DNA of 55,693 nt from a virus (lineage: Duplodnaviria; Caudoviricetes): the IMG/VR virus record IMGVR_UViG_3300030109_001698, positions 1-55,693 of that record, one strand, 5' to 3'. Made by a program: the position numbers and the translations under genes. The stretch's first letter is position 1. Each line of letters starts with the position of its first letter. Of this stretch, positions 27,601 through 37,960 are shown one piece after another. A model generated the notes under the pieces. That model was not told the origin of the DNA, did not search any database, and saw only the letters and a program-made list of their open reading frames with translations.

Positions 27601-30600
27601 AAAATTCAGGTGAATATTACAACTTATCAATGGATAGAGTTTATAGAGCACAAGATGATGAAAACATGTGGATTTCATTTCCCTCTTCAGACATTAATAA
27701 AGTTCAAAAAGAAGATTATTTAGTATTAAAAAAACAAGCAAACCAAGAACTACAAGTACCTATTAACAATAAATTTAAAGTTGTTGATATAAAAGCTGAG
27801 GCGCCAGACTACATAAAATTCAAAATGATAGATATAGGATATGTAGCTAGTCCTAGTACTCTGTTTACTGGCTACAGCACGGGTGTTAACATTCCACAAG
27901 CAGGAGAAGATCAGTTGATAATATTTAAAGAAGTGTGGACAGATAACGGCGGTACTGGTAATTTACACGAAGAGACAGATAAACTTGGTTTAGAATTTTC
28001 TATAAATGTGGGTGGTAACACAATGTTCTCAGAAAGATATGAAATTTTATCTATAGAAGAAGTTGACGAAACAACAAGTGATCCTAAGTATAGAATAAAA
28101 CTAAACAAAGTAATAACAACAACAGATGATTTTGGCCACACCACTGGATTGATTAATTCTAGTTTAAAATTAAAAATATTAAAACTTATACCTAAGGACT
28201 CTGGAGAGTTTGAAGGTAGATTTTTTGTAAAAATTATTTCAGACGCAATAACATCAGCGTATTTAGAACCTTTAATAAACGAATTAACAAGTTACAAAAT
28301 AACAAGTAGTTTACCTGCTTATTATTTTGCTGATGATCAAGCCGATTATGATTCAGGTGAAGACCACAGAGATGGTGTTGCTAATTCTTCAGAGGCTTAT
28401 ACAGAAAACACAAAAACATTACACGGTTTAGAAAAAAGTGATACTATAGGTGCTTGGACTAATTTATTAGATTTTGGAACAGCTCAATTAGCATCTGGAT
28501 TTTTTATAGATAGAACTTTTATGGCTGCTGGACAACCTATAGATCCAGCTGATCCTAGTGGACAAACAGGTGCTACAAGAGCAGATTGGAGCGGTGGAAC
28601 GTGGAAGGGCAGTAGCAGTGTTAATGCGAGTTCTGTAGTAGATAGTATTGAAGGAGCTATAAATATAGATGGAGTAAGTAGTTATACCGGTTCGCGTAAA
28701 TGGAGAAATTCTAACGGTGGTTCTAGCTGGGACGATACGTACGAACCTAGCGATCCTAATAATCCAAGTACTTTTTACTTACATCTTTCTTTTGGTCCTG
28801 TAGGTAACAATTTACACAACGGAAACTTTAGCGGACCTATGAACTCTCAATATATGAACTGGCAAGGTATTGATAGAGGAGACTTTGGTCATGGAGCCAG
28901 GCCACTCACTGTTGGCTCAGGGGTAACTCAAACAAGTGTAGACAACCACAACAGTCAGTGGGAAATTAAAAATGTTAACCAAAAAGCAATCGCGGACAAA
29001 ATAATACCTGGAGCAAAATTTAAATTTTTAGGAAGTAACGAAGTTTTTACAATAAATAAAGTAAGAGTAAAAAGGCTTTATAATCACACAGCTTTTAATG
29101 AACGTATAAAAGTTTTTGATGGTAACAATCTTGTCAACCCATCTAATTTAGTTGCTTCTCCTTCTGTTGAATATTGGTATAATTTATGGGGAAGTACAAC
29201 TCCCACGGCGTTCAGTAGTGGTAGTGGAAACGCAGCTGTCTATAGAGATGGATTAAAAGACGCTATAGTAACTTTTGGACATAAAACAAATCGAAGACTG
29301 TTATATGTAATAGAACTAGACAAGGACCCAACAGATCCTCAATTTAATACTGGTATTTATTCTACTCCAGACGTAGATGATTTTTTAAATATAAGATTTG
29401 TAAAAGAAACAACAGCAGAAGGAGAAACAGATTCAGCTATTACACCGGCTATATGGGAAACAGAACAAAAAGACGATGTTGATTTAGATATTTATTATGA
29501 AGCTAGTGGAGCTATACCTATTAGTCTTGATAAAAATAAACAAACGTCTGAAATTTACGCGCCTATAGGATCAAGAGTATGGTGTAATAAATCAAACTCC
29601 ATGCCAGATTTTCCTGGTAATGCAGAGGGCCTTTCTTTAATAATAACAAATTGGGAAGCTAACACAAGTAACGGAACTTACAATATAGTTGAAATAGCCT
29701 CCCCAGGTTTAAACGTAGATACAAGCGTTGCGTTTACAAACGACTCTGCTGGATTAAGTGCGCAAACATCAAAATATCAAAATAGATATATAAGGTTTTT
29801 TAGAGAAGACGGAAGTTATGTTACTAGCAGGATATTTTCAGTAGTAGAAATAACTGGGCATTATATTACAAAAGTATCTTTAATGTTTCAAACTCACGGG
29901 TATGGAAGAAAAATTGGTCTCCCATATTACGATTGTTTTAGTTTTGGAAACGGTGTTGAGTCAAGTAGAATAAGAGATGACTTTAATTCTATGGTAATAA
30001 ATAAAGGTGTTAAGGCTTCAGCTGTAATAGAACAACAATATAAAGAAGAAAACCGTAAAAATGGATTAATATATTCTGGTATATACAACTCAACTAGTGG
30101 CGTGAACAACTTAAATCAATTTATACAGGCTGAAAAAATTACAAAAGACTTAAATCCAACTTACGGTAGTATACAAAAGTTGTTTCAAAGAAGAATAAAC
30201 TTAGTGTCTTTTTGTGAAGATAGAGTTGTGAAGATACTAGCGTTTAAAGATGCTTTGTTTAATGCCGATGGTAACTCACAATTAGTTGCTACCAACAAAG
30301 TTTTAGGTGAAGCAAATCCTTTTGTTGGAGATTACGGTATATCTAAAAATCCAGAATCTTTTGCCAAAGAATCTTACAGAGCTTATTTTGCAGACAAACA
30401 AAGAGGTTCAGTATTAAGATTGTCAATGGACGGTATAACACCAATATCTTCTGCTGGAATGTCTGATTTTTTTAAAGATAACTTAGTAAATTCAGAAGTT
30501 ATATTGGGAAGTTATGACGACCGAAAAAATAATTACAATATAACCTTAAAATCTGAATTGCAAAATTTAAATAGAGGTAGTGGGAGTCTAGAAAATGACA

Positions 30601-31037
30601 CAGAAGGCTTAACGTTGTCTTACAACGAGAATGTTAAAGGTTGGATTAGTTTTAAGTCTTTTATACCTGACACAGGTTTAAGTATGGGTAATAATTATTT
30701 TACCACGTTTAACGGTCAACTTTTTCAACACCATATTGAAGAGGATCAACAGAATAGAAATAATTTTTACGGAGTGCAGGCACCATCTACTATTACAGCT
30801 GTTTTAAACATGCAACCAGACATGGTGAAAAGTTTTAACACGCTGAATTACGAGGGTAACCCGGGTTGGAGATCAAACTTTATAAGAACAAACATGCAGA
30901 CTGGTACTGTAAATGAGTTTATAAGAAAAGAAGATAAGTGGTTTAACTATATAATAGGTAGACAACAAGATATAGATGTAAATGCTTTAAACTTTCAAGG
31001 ACTAGGCGTGGCAATACAAATAGATGAAAATATATGA
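24681..31037 (+). CDS. Tail nozzle/stabilisation protein (2118 aa) with large insertions
   Basis: GKMNKDLDERLVPNGQYRDAMN start, GNRLVYGNY, YGISKNPES; podoviral beta-rich tail protein. Confidence 0.75.
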   Translation: MAEIKNTFSQGKMNKDLDERLVPNGQYRDAMNIQVSTSEQSEVGAAQNILGNIRVENEIDNTFVNPSCIGSIADEKNDVLYWFIFSDNKDIILEYKLDGTTTPVFVDTNKNVLNFSANNLITGINIVDDILMWTDNESEPKKINIKRSKQGTVNNDTHTKLVVNETITNVEVVEKHITVIKKRPTLSPIIKINPPAGQNEILANCDFTQGSTSVSNTNTAGHPFDHGGDGINLVGTGDISYVRINRTASGFGPNTSVEIIGELGDAPVQPTNLITPPTDFTGSNSNIGEFNLDPTTLDNFTFYNYDDTDPSGNAPNGAGPDFLHDSTQGHLVWDKVDPFTSHTDNTQAYFRFKMFSDPDNGPYNHPDERSYVEGDQITVTFDFNLDNPSGDTNDRTITVGLLDYSTGAGPGQVPFFGNNWIELDKHDFVITPGLTTGYTYTFTVPSTHSGGLIRLAFYNGGNNIIGETGGGVATWMDNLVIQHTAELGPLPSNFYTAGNHIIVDNAVNANAGDLVTMPGFPQGTHILTTQAFGNNQTRLHLSSGPDPGFYTPIPENSYTQGAAGSNDAFFTNANFANFESTASYVVGDALLLSQVNTPGSLPTNFEVRCTIVDIFDQIGTPGFTEYQVEVESIDISVPNNAAEFDTPPNPNVPGLAFKTTAGVFMNAISELEGSRLFEDKFVRFATRWKYEDGEYSAFSPFSEVAFNASSFSFHPTKNTYNLGMQNNCETIDLLNIVTPDIPEDVVQIDILFKKEDSTSIYSLDSIKPNDPIPTGETNNYWNQNSAPSVEIYDSNNLVNNLPSINSISLPTSYMGKYIVSTENIYAALPANQFLRPWDNVPKKALAQEITGNRLVYGNYTQGYNMVDVNNNVVKPEIITSYRQRSYLDNDIVDFSNGQKSLKTFRTYQVGVVYGDEYGRETPVFTSRDASIKIPYDADNTPEFNGNASRSIQLSPMLVGTQPAFAKYYKFFIKQNSGEYYNLSMDRVYRAQDDENMWISFPSSDINKVQKEDYLVLKKQANQELQVPINNKFKVVDIKAEAPDYIKFKMIDIGYVASPSTLFTGYSTGVNIPQAGEDQLIIFKEVWTDNGGTGNLHEETDKLGLEFSINVGGNTMFSERYEILSIEEVDETTSDPKYRIKLNKVITTTDDFGHTTGLINSSLKLKILKLIPKDSGEFEGRFFVKIISDAITSAYLEPLINELTSYKITSSLPAYYFADDQADYDSGEDHRDGVANSSEAYTENTKTLHGLEKSDTIGAWTNLLDFGTAQLASGFFIDRTFMAAGQPIDPADPSGQTGATRADWSGGTWKGSSSVNASSVVDSIEGAINIDGVSSYTGSRKWRNSNGGSSWDDTYEPSDPNNPSTFYLHLSFGPVGNNLHNGNFSGPMNSQYMNWQGIDRGDFGHGARPLTVGSGVTQTSVDNHNSQWEIKNVNQKAIADKIIPGAKFKFLGSNEVFTINKVRVKRLYNHTAFNERIKVFDGNNLVNPSNLVASPSVEYWYNLWGSTTPTAFSSGSGNAAVYRDGLKDAIVTFGHKTNRRLLYVIELDKDPTDPQFNTGIYSTPDVDDFLNIRFVKETTAEGETDSAITPAIWETEQKDDVDLDIYYEASGAIPISLDKNKQTSEIYAPIGSRVWCNKSNSMPDFPGNAEGLSLIITNWEANTSNGTYNIVEIASPGLNVDTSVAFTNDSAGLSAQTSKYQNRYIRFFREDGSYVTSRIFSVVEITGHYITKVSLMFQTHGYGRKIGLPYYDCFSFGNGVESSRIRDDFNSMVINKGVKASAVIEQQYKEENRKNGLIYSGIYNSTSGVNNLNQFIQAEKITKDLNPTYGSIQKLFQRRINLVSFCEDRVVKILAFKDALFNADGNSQLVATNKVLGEANPFVGDYGISKNPESFAKESYRAYFADKQRGSVLRLSMDGITPISSAGMSDFFKDNLVNSEVILGSYDDRKNNYNITLKSELQNLNRGSGSLENDTEGLTLSYNENVKGWISFKSFIPDTGLSMGNNYFTTFNGQLFQHHIEEDQQNRNNFYGVQAPSTITAVLNMQPDMVKSFNTLNYEGNPGWRSNFIRTNMQTGTVNEFIRKEDKWFNYIIGRQQDIDVNALNFQGLGVAIQIDENI

Positions 31038-32335
31038 AATTAATAACTGGCTTTCAAATAGACACAAATGATTTATCTGCGTTAGAGCAAGCTAGATCAT
31101 TTAAAATTACAGGTGACGAAGGTGCCGCTTTTAATATGCAGGTAAAAACCTCTGATGGAAGATATTACAATTGGGCCACTAAACTTTTTGTTGCTAACTC
31201 TGTTCTTGTTGATAACACAAGATTAAAATTATCAAAAAAGATTCAAGGCGGTAGATATAGTAATTCTATAAATTTTCCAGCTGATGCAGATGGTGAGACT
31301 TATACGATTATACTACTTGCACAGCCACATTATGAAACAGAAATAGATCCTAACGTTATTGGAGATTATTTTAATGGCACTGAAACAGTAGCAAGACAGT
31401 TTAACAAACTTTTGTACCAAACAGATATAAGACAAATAGCTAATGTAACCGTAACGTTTCAACCTATAGCCGCTACAGCTGCTCAATACACAAGCGGATC
31501 ATTAAGCCAAACAGCAACTTCTACACAGTCCCCTTTAGTTGCAACCCAACAAGAAGTTGATATTAACTTTCCTGTTGTAAACGACGGTGACGACGCAGTG
31601 GCGTTTGGTTTTATTCAAGACAAAACAACCGTAGAAGACGGTGATTTTTACATTCAAACCACACAGACGGTTGATGAACCAGAAAGAGATGGTAGTACTT
31701 CTCACGCTAATTACGTTATGGACTCTATTAGTAATCTTTCTGTTGGTATGCAAGTAGTTGGAACTAGCAGTGGATCAATCACGGGTGTGCCAGCTTTAAT
31801 AAAAGTAGGTGTTTATTCAGGAAGCGCTTCTGAACCTCAAAAAAGGGGTAAGCCTTATATAAAAATGGATCAAAATGAAGCTTTTGCAGATGGTGTTACT
31901 TTAACTTTTAAAGGCTATGGTTCTGATATTTTTCAAAACGTCAATGGTTTAGAAGTCGAGTTTAAAGACTTAAAAATAGTAGCTACACCAGTCACAACTT
32001 TAGTTAGAGGGGCTATAAGCTCAAGTAACACTGTGACCGTTTCTGGTACATACGGTATAGGTGTTGACGCGACAAATGGTACTTATATAGAGGGATTTGG
32101 TGTTAAAAACAATTTAGCAGACAACAAAATAACAGCTATCGATGTTTCTGACGGAGCTGGAGGTTTAGTAATGACGTCGGTTCAAACTTTAACAGACAAA
32201 ACAAAACTAACTATTATTGGATGTGCTTTAACATATACTATAACAGGTAAAGCTTTAATTAAAAAATTCCCAACAGCTAACACTACTGTTTATTTAGATT
32301 TAGATAAATTACTATCAGTAGGAGTAGCAGCATAA
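31034..32335 (+). CDS. Putative tail-associated structural protein
   Basis: Thr/Gly/Val-rich, overlaps the stop of the nozzle gene. Confidence 0.7.
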   Translation: MKLITGFQIDTNDLSALEQARSFKITGDEGAAFNMQVKTSDGRYYNWATKLFVANSVLVDNTRLKLSKKIQGGRYSNSINFPADADGETYTIILLAQPHYETEIDPNVIGDYFNGTETVARQFNKLLYQTDIRQIANVTVTFQPIAATAAQYTSGSLSQTATSTQSPLVATQQEVDINFPVVNDGDDAVAFGFIQDKTTVEDGDFYIQTTQTVDEPERDGSTSHANYVMDSISNLSVGMQVVGTSSGSITGVPALIKVGVYSGSASEPQKRGKPYIKMDQNEAFADGVTLTFKGYGSDIFQNVNGLEVEFKDLKIVATPVTTLVRGAISSSNTVTVSGTYGIGVDATNGTYIEGFGVKNNLADNKITAIDVSDGAGGLVMTSVQTLTDKTKLTIIGCALTYTITGKALIKKFPTANTTVYLDLDKLLSVGVAA

Positions 32336-32344
32336 ATTAAAAAA

Positions 32345-32746
32345 ATGGCAGATAGAATACACTTCAACTCAATAAACGACTCTTTACAAATTGGTGACAT
32401 GGCTTTTGTTGTTATAACAAACGCTAATAATATAGTAACACCTATAGAATTAGGACCTGTAATTGAAATAGGTGAAACTTCTATAGTTGTAGATACAACT
32501 GTAAATGAACTAGATAATCTTGGTATTTTAAATAACTTACAAAATTCAATGTTTTTATTTAGAAAAGATAGTAGAGCAAATTTATCAACTTTGTTAGGTT
32601 ATTTTGCTGAAGTACATTTAGAACTAACTAATACAGACATCGTTGCACAAAACGATCAAAATGGAAATATAACAGGTGTTGATCCAACTATTATACAAAA
32701 TGAAATATTTTCAATAGGATCAGAAGTTTTTATAAGTAGTAAATAA
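32345..32746 (+). CDS. Putative tail-associated protein (133 aa)
   Basis: INDSLQIGD...LLGYFAEV; end of the tail block. Confidence 0.7.
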   Translation: MADRIHFNSINDSLQIGDMAFVVITNANNIVTPIELGPVIEIGETSIVVDTTVNELDNLGILNNLQNSMFLFRKDSRANLSTLLGYFAEVHLELTNTDIVAQNDQNGNITGVDPTIIQNEIFSIGSEVFISSK

Positions 32747-32785
32747 CGCATAAAAAGTGTAATTATAGATAAAATAAATAAAATT

Positions 32786-33676
32786 ATGAAATATACAGAC
32801 TTTAAAAATAAAAGAAGATTAGAAGAGAATACAAAAACCTCTCCTAATAAATTTATTAGTTTGCTTTTTGGAGGTAAGAAACGAAGAAGAGAACAAAGAG
32901 CGGCTAATGAAGATCATCAGTATTGGATGACGCAATGGGATAATCAAAAAATGACAAACCCTTATGCGGGTATGAAAAATCCTTATGCTGACATGGAGAA
33001 TGTATATGAAGATACTAAAGTTAATTTACAAGCCGCTGATTATGCTAGAGAGCAATCTCAGCAAAATATGGCTAATATAATGAATAATATGTCCGCAGCG
33101 GCTGGGTCTTCTGGTGTTGCTGGTTTAGCTCAAGTGTTAGCTAATCAAGGAGTACAACAAGCTAGACAGCAATCTATTGATATAGGAAAACAAGAGCAGG
33201 CCAATGAATTAAGAGCAAGAGCTGAAGCTGGTAGAATAGATCAGTTAACTAGAACACAGGAATCTAAAATAGATTTAGCAGAAAGAAAAGGAGAGGCTAT
33301 GGTAGAAAGGTTTGATTTTGCTAAAGTTGACAAGCAGTTGCAATTTGCGCAAGATAGAAAAAAATATGCCGACGCTGCTAGAGATCAAGCAAGAGCATCG
33401 AGAGATTCTTTTTTAAGTAGTGCTGTTAGTGCTGCAATACCTCTTATTGCTTCAGACGTTAGGTTAAAAGAAAATGTAAAACGTACAGGAACTTCAAGAT
33501 CTGGAATACCTATTTATAATTTTAATTATATAGGTAGTAAACGAAAATATTCTGGAACTACAGCTCAAGATTTATTAAAACTAGGTAGAAAAGACGCTGT
33601 AGGAATTATGGACAATGGTTATTATGGTGTAAATTATGATAAAATTGATGTTCAAAGAACAAAAAAAAGTAATTAA
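32786..33676 (+). CDS. Putative ejection/pilot protein with C-terminal peptidase S74-like domain
   Basis: Gln/Ala coiled coil; SDVRLKEN...IYNFNY...GTTAQD...VNYDKI. Confidence 0.7.
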   Translation: MKYTDFKNKRRLEENTKTSPNKFISLLFGGKKRRREQRAANEDHQYWMTQWDNQKMTNPYAGMKNPYADMENVYEDTKVNLQAADYAREQSQQNMANIMNNMSAAAGSSGVAGLAQVLANQGVQQARQQSIDIGKQEQANELRARAEAGRIDQLTRTQESKIDLAERKGEAMVERFDFAKVDKQLQFAQDRKKYADAARDQARASRDSFLSSAVSAAIPLIASDVRLKENVKRTGTSRSGIPIYNFNYIGSKRKYSGTTAQDLLKLGRKDAVGIMDNGYYGVNYDKIDVQRTKKSN

Positions 33677-33678
33677 AT

Positions 33679-34503
33679 ATGGATGCAAAAAAGTTAGATG
33701 TAATAGAATCTTATTATGAAAATTTACCGTATGGTAACAAATCTTTGTCATCTGAAGTGCATGGGCCTCAAAACCAAGCTGTAATAAATGAAAATATAAA
33801 AACATTGGTACAGATGAGTGACGTTGCAAAACAAAATGGAAATGAAGATTTAGCAGCGTCATTAAAAAGTGGTATATATAAAATATCAAAAGAATTAGAT
33901 GTATTAAAAAGTATTAAAGAAGAGCATGCTGCTGATCTTCGTACAAGATCAAACTGGACAGATCACGGTTGGGACGACAATGCTTTTACAGAGCTATGTG
34001 AAATATCTTTTGATGACAACATGAATGTTGTTGTTTCTGCTTATGACCCTACTTCACAAGCTCGTGTCAGTAAAAAAATAAATGAAATTACAAGAGACTG
34101 GGTTACAGTAGGGGATTGGATGCAAACTTTAAGCGAAGCTAAACAAGAGTTACTCAAGTCTAAAAACGACATGGACGTAGCACCGCCTTTTGATATAGAT
34201 TTTTTTGTAAGTAACTTATTAAAAAATAATTGGAAAAGTATTTTGTCCGATGCAGACCCAACTTTAGATCCTAATGGGCCTTCAAGAGGTTATAGACTAC
34301 AGCAAATATTAATAGAAGAAGCTGATGAAAACGGAAATTTACCTATTGATTACAATATAGATAAGTTTTCTTTTGATCCTACTTACGACACTAGACTTCA
34401 TAAAAATATATCTAATGAGTTAAAAAGAGCGTTTGATCCTTCTTATGAAACAGAAAAAGAAAAAAGTACTGCGATAGAGTTAATGAGTAGAATAAATAAA
34501 TAA
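33679..34503 (+). CDS. Putative internal virion protein (274 aa)
   Basis: Helical, lies in the ejection-protein block. Confidence 0.65.
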   Translation: MDAKKLDVIESYYENLPYGNKSLSSEVHGPQNQAVINENIKTLVQMSDVAKQNGNEDLAASLKSGIYKISKELDVLKSIKEEHAADLRTRSNWTDHGWDDNAFTELCEISFDDNMNVVVSAYDPTSQARVSKKINEITRDWVTVGDWMQTLSEAKQELLKSKNDMDVAPPFDIDFFVSNLLKNNWKSILSDADPTLDPNGPSRGYRLQQILIEEADENGNLPIDYNIDKFSFDPTYDTRLHKNISNELKRAFDPSYETEKEKSTAIELMSRINK

Positions 34504-34509
34504 TACACT

Positions 34510-37500
34510 ATGGCAGACGATATTAGACCTATAACATTACAAGAGGAAGAAAACAAAAAAATAAACATAAAAAAACAGATTCAAAATATAAGAAATCAGT
34601 ACGAGGAAATATATGGTAATATTTTAGGAGAAAAACAAGTAGATGTTACAACAACTATGAACCAAGATTTAGAATCTGCTTTTAAACCTTTTGTAGACTC
34701 TGATAAATACAGTCAAAAAGAGTTAAAAATTATAAAAGATCATCTTTTAAATACATTAAAAAACGAAAGAACTAGTAGAGGTATGGGTGAAGAAGCCTAT
34801 TCACCACAGCTACTAAAACAACCTTCAATGATTAAGTTTGGTAAATTTATAAAAAGGGAGGTTCCTAAATGGTTTACAGAAGAACACAAACAAAAATATG
34901 GTCAATTTAAATTTTTAGAATTTAATAAAAACTCTTTTACTAACTACTCTTTTGGTAGCAGCGTTGTTCCTTCTAACTCGACAAGTCCAATAAGTTATTA
35001 TGACGACGAGATTTTTGAAACATATGAAACAAGTGACTACAAAGACGAGCTTGAAAAAAGAAAAGAAAATAAATATAGTAGTGATTTAGATTACTTAAGA
35101 GTTTATAACGACGAAACTTTTGGTTTAGATACTGACAACGAGTATGTAGAGATAGATGGTATTAGACGATCTTTAGGTGAAAACGGTGATTTTAAATATG
35201 AAATATATAACATACAAGAAAACGTAGACGAAAATAACAATCCTATTATTGGAGAAAACTTAGAGTTAGCTAGTGAAGAACAAATAGAAAGTTTTGAAGA
35301 TAAATACTACGAGTACGAATATAACGCTGTAAAAAACAGTATTATTAACGACCCTTTATTGACAGCTAGTTCAGATACAGAAATAGACACGTACGTATCT
35401 AGCTCTATTGATCAAGTTAAAGAACAAGAGTTAAATGAAAAAGTAAACAAAGAGGTTGAGAGGGTTATTGAAAATAGTAATATTGTTGAGGCTTTAGAAA
35501 CACCAGAGGATATTGATAAAGTAAGAGATGTTTTAAAAAAAGCATTTTCAAATGTTCACGGAACTAAATCAGATAGAATTAGACTAAGAAAACCACTTGA
35601 AATTCCAAACTCTGTTTTAAAACAGCTTGAAGAAAAAGGAATTAACGTTAATATTTACAAAAAAGGAGAAAATGTAGATTTTTCTATAATATTCAACTTA
35701 GATTCTAGTATGTCTAAAGAAGCTGTATATAGAAACCCTACGGAGGAAGACTTTACGATAACAGACTACATGGAGACAAAGGGCATGTTAAAAGCTGAGC
35801 AGTACGAGAAAGAAATAAAAGAGTTAATGAAAGATGTTCAATTAAAGTTTGACAAAGATACACAAAAAATTAGAAATAAAACAAACAAAGTAGCTCAAAC
35901 CTGGTGGCAACATAAAGCCTTAAACGATTATAGTGAGTTTCTTGGCGACGCTGAAGACGGAGATGGTTTTTTTGTAATAGAAGATCAAAGTAAAGAGAAT
36001 ATAGACAGAATTATAAGCGAATATAAAAAGGCTGGTATTAAACTTAAAATTTATGATAGTGATTTTGGAAAAGGAATTGACTATAAAGATGCTGCCGCTT
36101 ATTATTCTTCAAGAGCGAATTACTACTATGAAAACGACGAGGATTATAAAAAATTATTAGCAGTAGCAGAGTCAACTCAAGAAGAATTAATGAAAAATTA
36201 TTCTTTGAAATTTAAACCAGAATATAAATATCTTGATTCAAATATTACAGATTTTATTAATGAAAAATTAAAAAGCTCTGGTTTTCACAACGCCAATACT
36301 TATGACAAGGCTATGATAACAGACAATATATGGTTAGGTTTAAAAGAATATATAATGTTATCAAACCCAGTTGAAAAAGGAGATCTTGAAGGTCTAAGTA
36401 AGCGTCGAGATATGATATTCAAGCTTCGAGATGAATTTTATTTTTCAATGTTTCACAATCACTTGGCTTTTCGTAAAGATTACACTCAAAAAGCAACCCA
36501 AGAAGATGTTGACGCTGGGGTAGCAACAGAGGTTGGTGGTCCTGTTTATGCTTGGAGTGTTTTTGCATTAAAAGATTTTGCGCGCGATTTAGTGTCGCCA
36601 GAACAAATAAATCTTAGCGATATGATAAATAAAGCTAGTGGAAAAGATAAAAAAAGATTAGAGTTGTTAAGAAGTTTTGCTGAAGAGGTTATAAATGCTG
36701 ATGAAGACATTTTGTTTAAAAAAGACGGTGGTTTTGAATCGTTTATGAAAGGTTTTACAAGTAACAAGTGGTATGAGTATCTTCCGTACGCAGGTTCTAT
36801 TGTGGGTATAAACGATTCTAGGTATATAAAAAACTCTGCAGAAAGAATAAGAGCAGTAGAAAGAAGAGATGCTCTAAACTTTAAAAAATCAAGAGGTATT
36901 AAATTAAGTAGTAACGAAAAAGAAGAGTTAAAACAATTAAATAAGTTGGGTCCTGTTACAGCATCAGATCAACTTATGATGGACATGTACACCTTGAAAA
37001 ACATGATGGATGGTATATTTAGTGAGAGTAGCACCGCTTATAGCGCTGGTAAAATAACAGCTGATATGTTACCTTATCTACCGGAATTTGCTTTATCAAG
37101 CCCTGCTTTTACCTGGGGTAAAGGCGCTAGTTTACATTATGGTAAACAAGTTTTAAATGCATCTGTTAAAGGTGGACTTTTAAATCCAGGCGCATCAATG
37201 TTTGGAGTCAACGCGTTAGCGTTTTCTGTTAAAACTAAAAACACTTTGTCTTGGTTATTAGGAACTGGTGCTCAAACAGCAGTTAATCCACAAATGTATA
37301 TAAAGTATACTATTGAAAACATGACACCCGAAATGCAGTTTGCTTTTTCGGAACAGGCTAATGATATATACAATGCGCTAGATGGTACAACAAGTGTTGA
37401 TAATTTAGAAGAAGGAGAAGTTTACACAGCTAATAACGGTAAAAAATCAAAGTTTAGCGCTAAATGGACTGGCCAAAATCCAGACGGTTTTTTTATAGCT

Positions 37501-37959
37501 TTTGCAAGAGCATACGGTGTTAGTTGGGCAGAAATGGCAACAGAAAGAATTGGTAGTTATTTACCTGGCGCTTTTAAATATATGACAAACGACCAGTTGG
37601 CAGGGTCGAAAACCTTTATGCAAGCAGTTGTATTAAAACAGTTTATGGGTACAAAAAAATATACTAATTGGTTAACAACAAAGAATTTAAAAGCTAATAA
37701 AAAATCTTTATTAAGATATATAACCGAAAACTCTCTAGGTTGGAACGGTTTGCTTTCTGAAATAGCTGAAGAAACTATTAACCAACCTTTGTCTAGTTTA
37801 ATAATGGGTAGACCAATGAACGAGGCTTTTATTGACAACGAAGGTAATTTTGATCCGCAGTTTTTTAAAGAAATGGGAATAGCGATGACAGTTACGTCTT
37901 TAACTTTTGGCGCTGGTAACTATGTTCAAATTAGACGTAAATTAAATAAAAAGAAATAA
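34510..37959 (+). CDS. Large putative ejection protein (1149 aa)
   Basis: Charged helical body; C-terminal Gly/Ala hydrophobic helices with EMATE and EIAEETI motifs. Confidence 0.7.
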   Translation: MADDIRPITLQEEENKKINIKKQIQNIRNQYEEIYGNILGEKQVDVTTTMNQDLESAFKPFVDSDKYSQKELKIIKDHLLNTLKNERTSRGMGEEAYSPQLLKQPSMIKFGKFIKREVPKWFTEEHKQKYGQFKFLEFNKNSFTNYSFGSSVVPSNSTSPISYYDDEIFETYETSDYKDELEKRKENKYSSDLDYLRVYNDETFGLDTDNEYVEIDGIRRSLGENGDFKYEIYNIQENVDENNNPIIGENLELASEEQIESFEDKYYEYEYNAVKNSIINDPLLTASSDTEIDTYVSSSIDQVKEQELNEKVNKEVERVIENSNIVEALETPEDIDKVRDVLKKAFSNVHGTKSDRIRLRKPLEIPNSVLKQLEEKGINVNIYKKGENVDFSIIFNLDSSMSKEAVYRNPTEEDFTITDYMETKGMLKAEQYEKEIKELMKDVQLKFDKDTQKIRNKTNKVAQTWWQHKALNDYSEFLGDAEDGDGFFVIEDQSKENIDRIISEYKKAGIKLKIYDSDFGKGIDYKDAAAYYSSRANYYYENDEDYKKLLAVAESTQEELMKNYSLKFKPEYKYLDSNITDFINEKLKSSGFHNANTYDKAMITDNIWLGLKEYIMLSNPVEKGDLEGLSKRRDMIFKLRDEFYFSMFHNHLAFRKDYTQKATQEDVDAGVATEVGGPVYAWSVFALKDFARDLVSPEQINLSDMINKASGKDKKRLELLRSFAEEVINADEDILFKKDGGFESFMKGFTSNKWYEYLPYAGSIVGINDSRYIKNSAERIRAVERRDALNFKKSRGIKLSSNEKEELKQLNKLGPVTASDQLMMDMYTLKNMMDGIFSESSTAYSAGKITADMLPYLPEFALSSPAFTWGKGASLHYGKQVLNASVKGGLLNPGASMFGVNALAFSVKTKNTLSWLLGTGAQTAVNPQMYIKYTIENMTPEMQFAFSEQANDIYNALDGTTSVDNLEEGEVYTANNGKKSKFSAKWTGQNPDGFFIAFARAYGVSWAEMATERIGSYLPGAFKYMTNDQLAGSKTFMQAVVLKQFMGTKKYTNWLTTKNLKANKKSLLRYITENSLGWNGLLSEIAEETINQPLSSLIMGRPMNEAFIDNEGNFDPQFFKEMGIAMTVTSLTFGAGNYVQIRRKLNKKK

Positions 37960-37960
37960 T

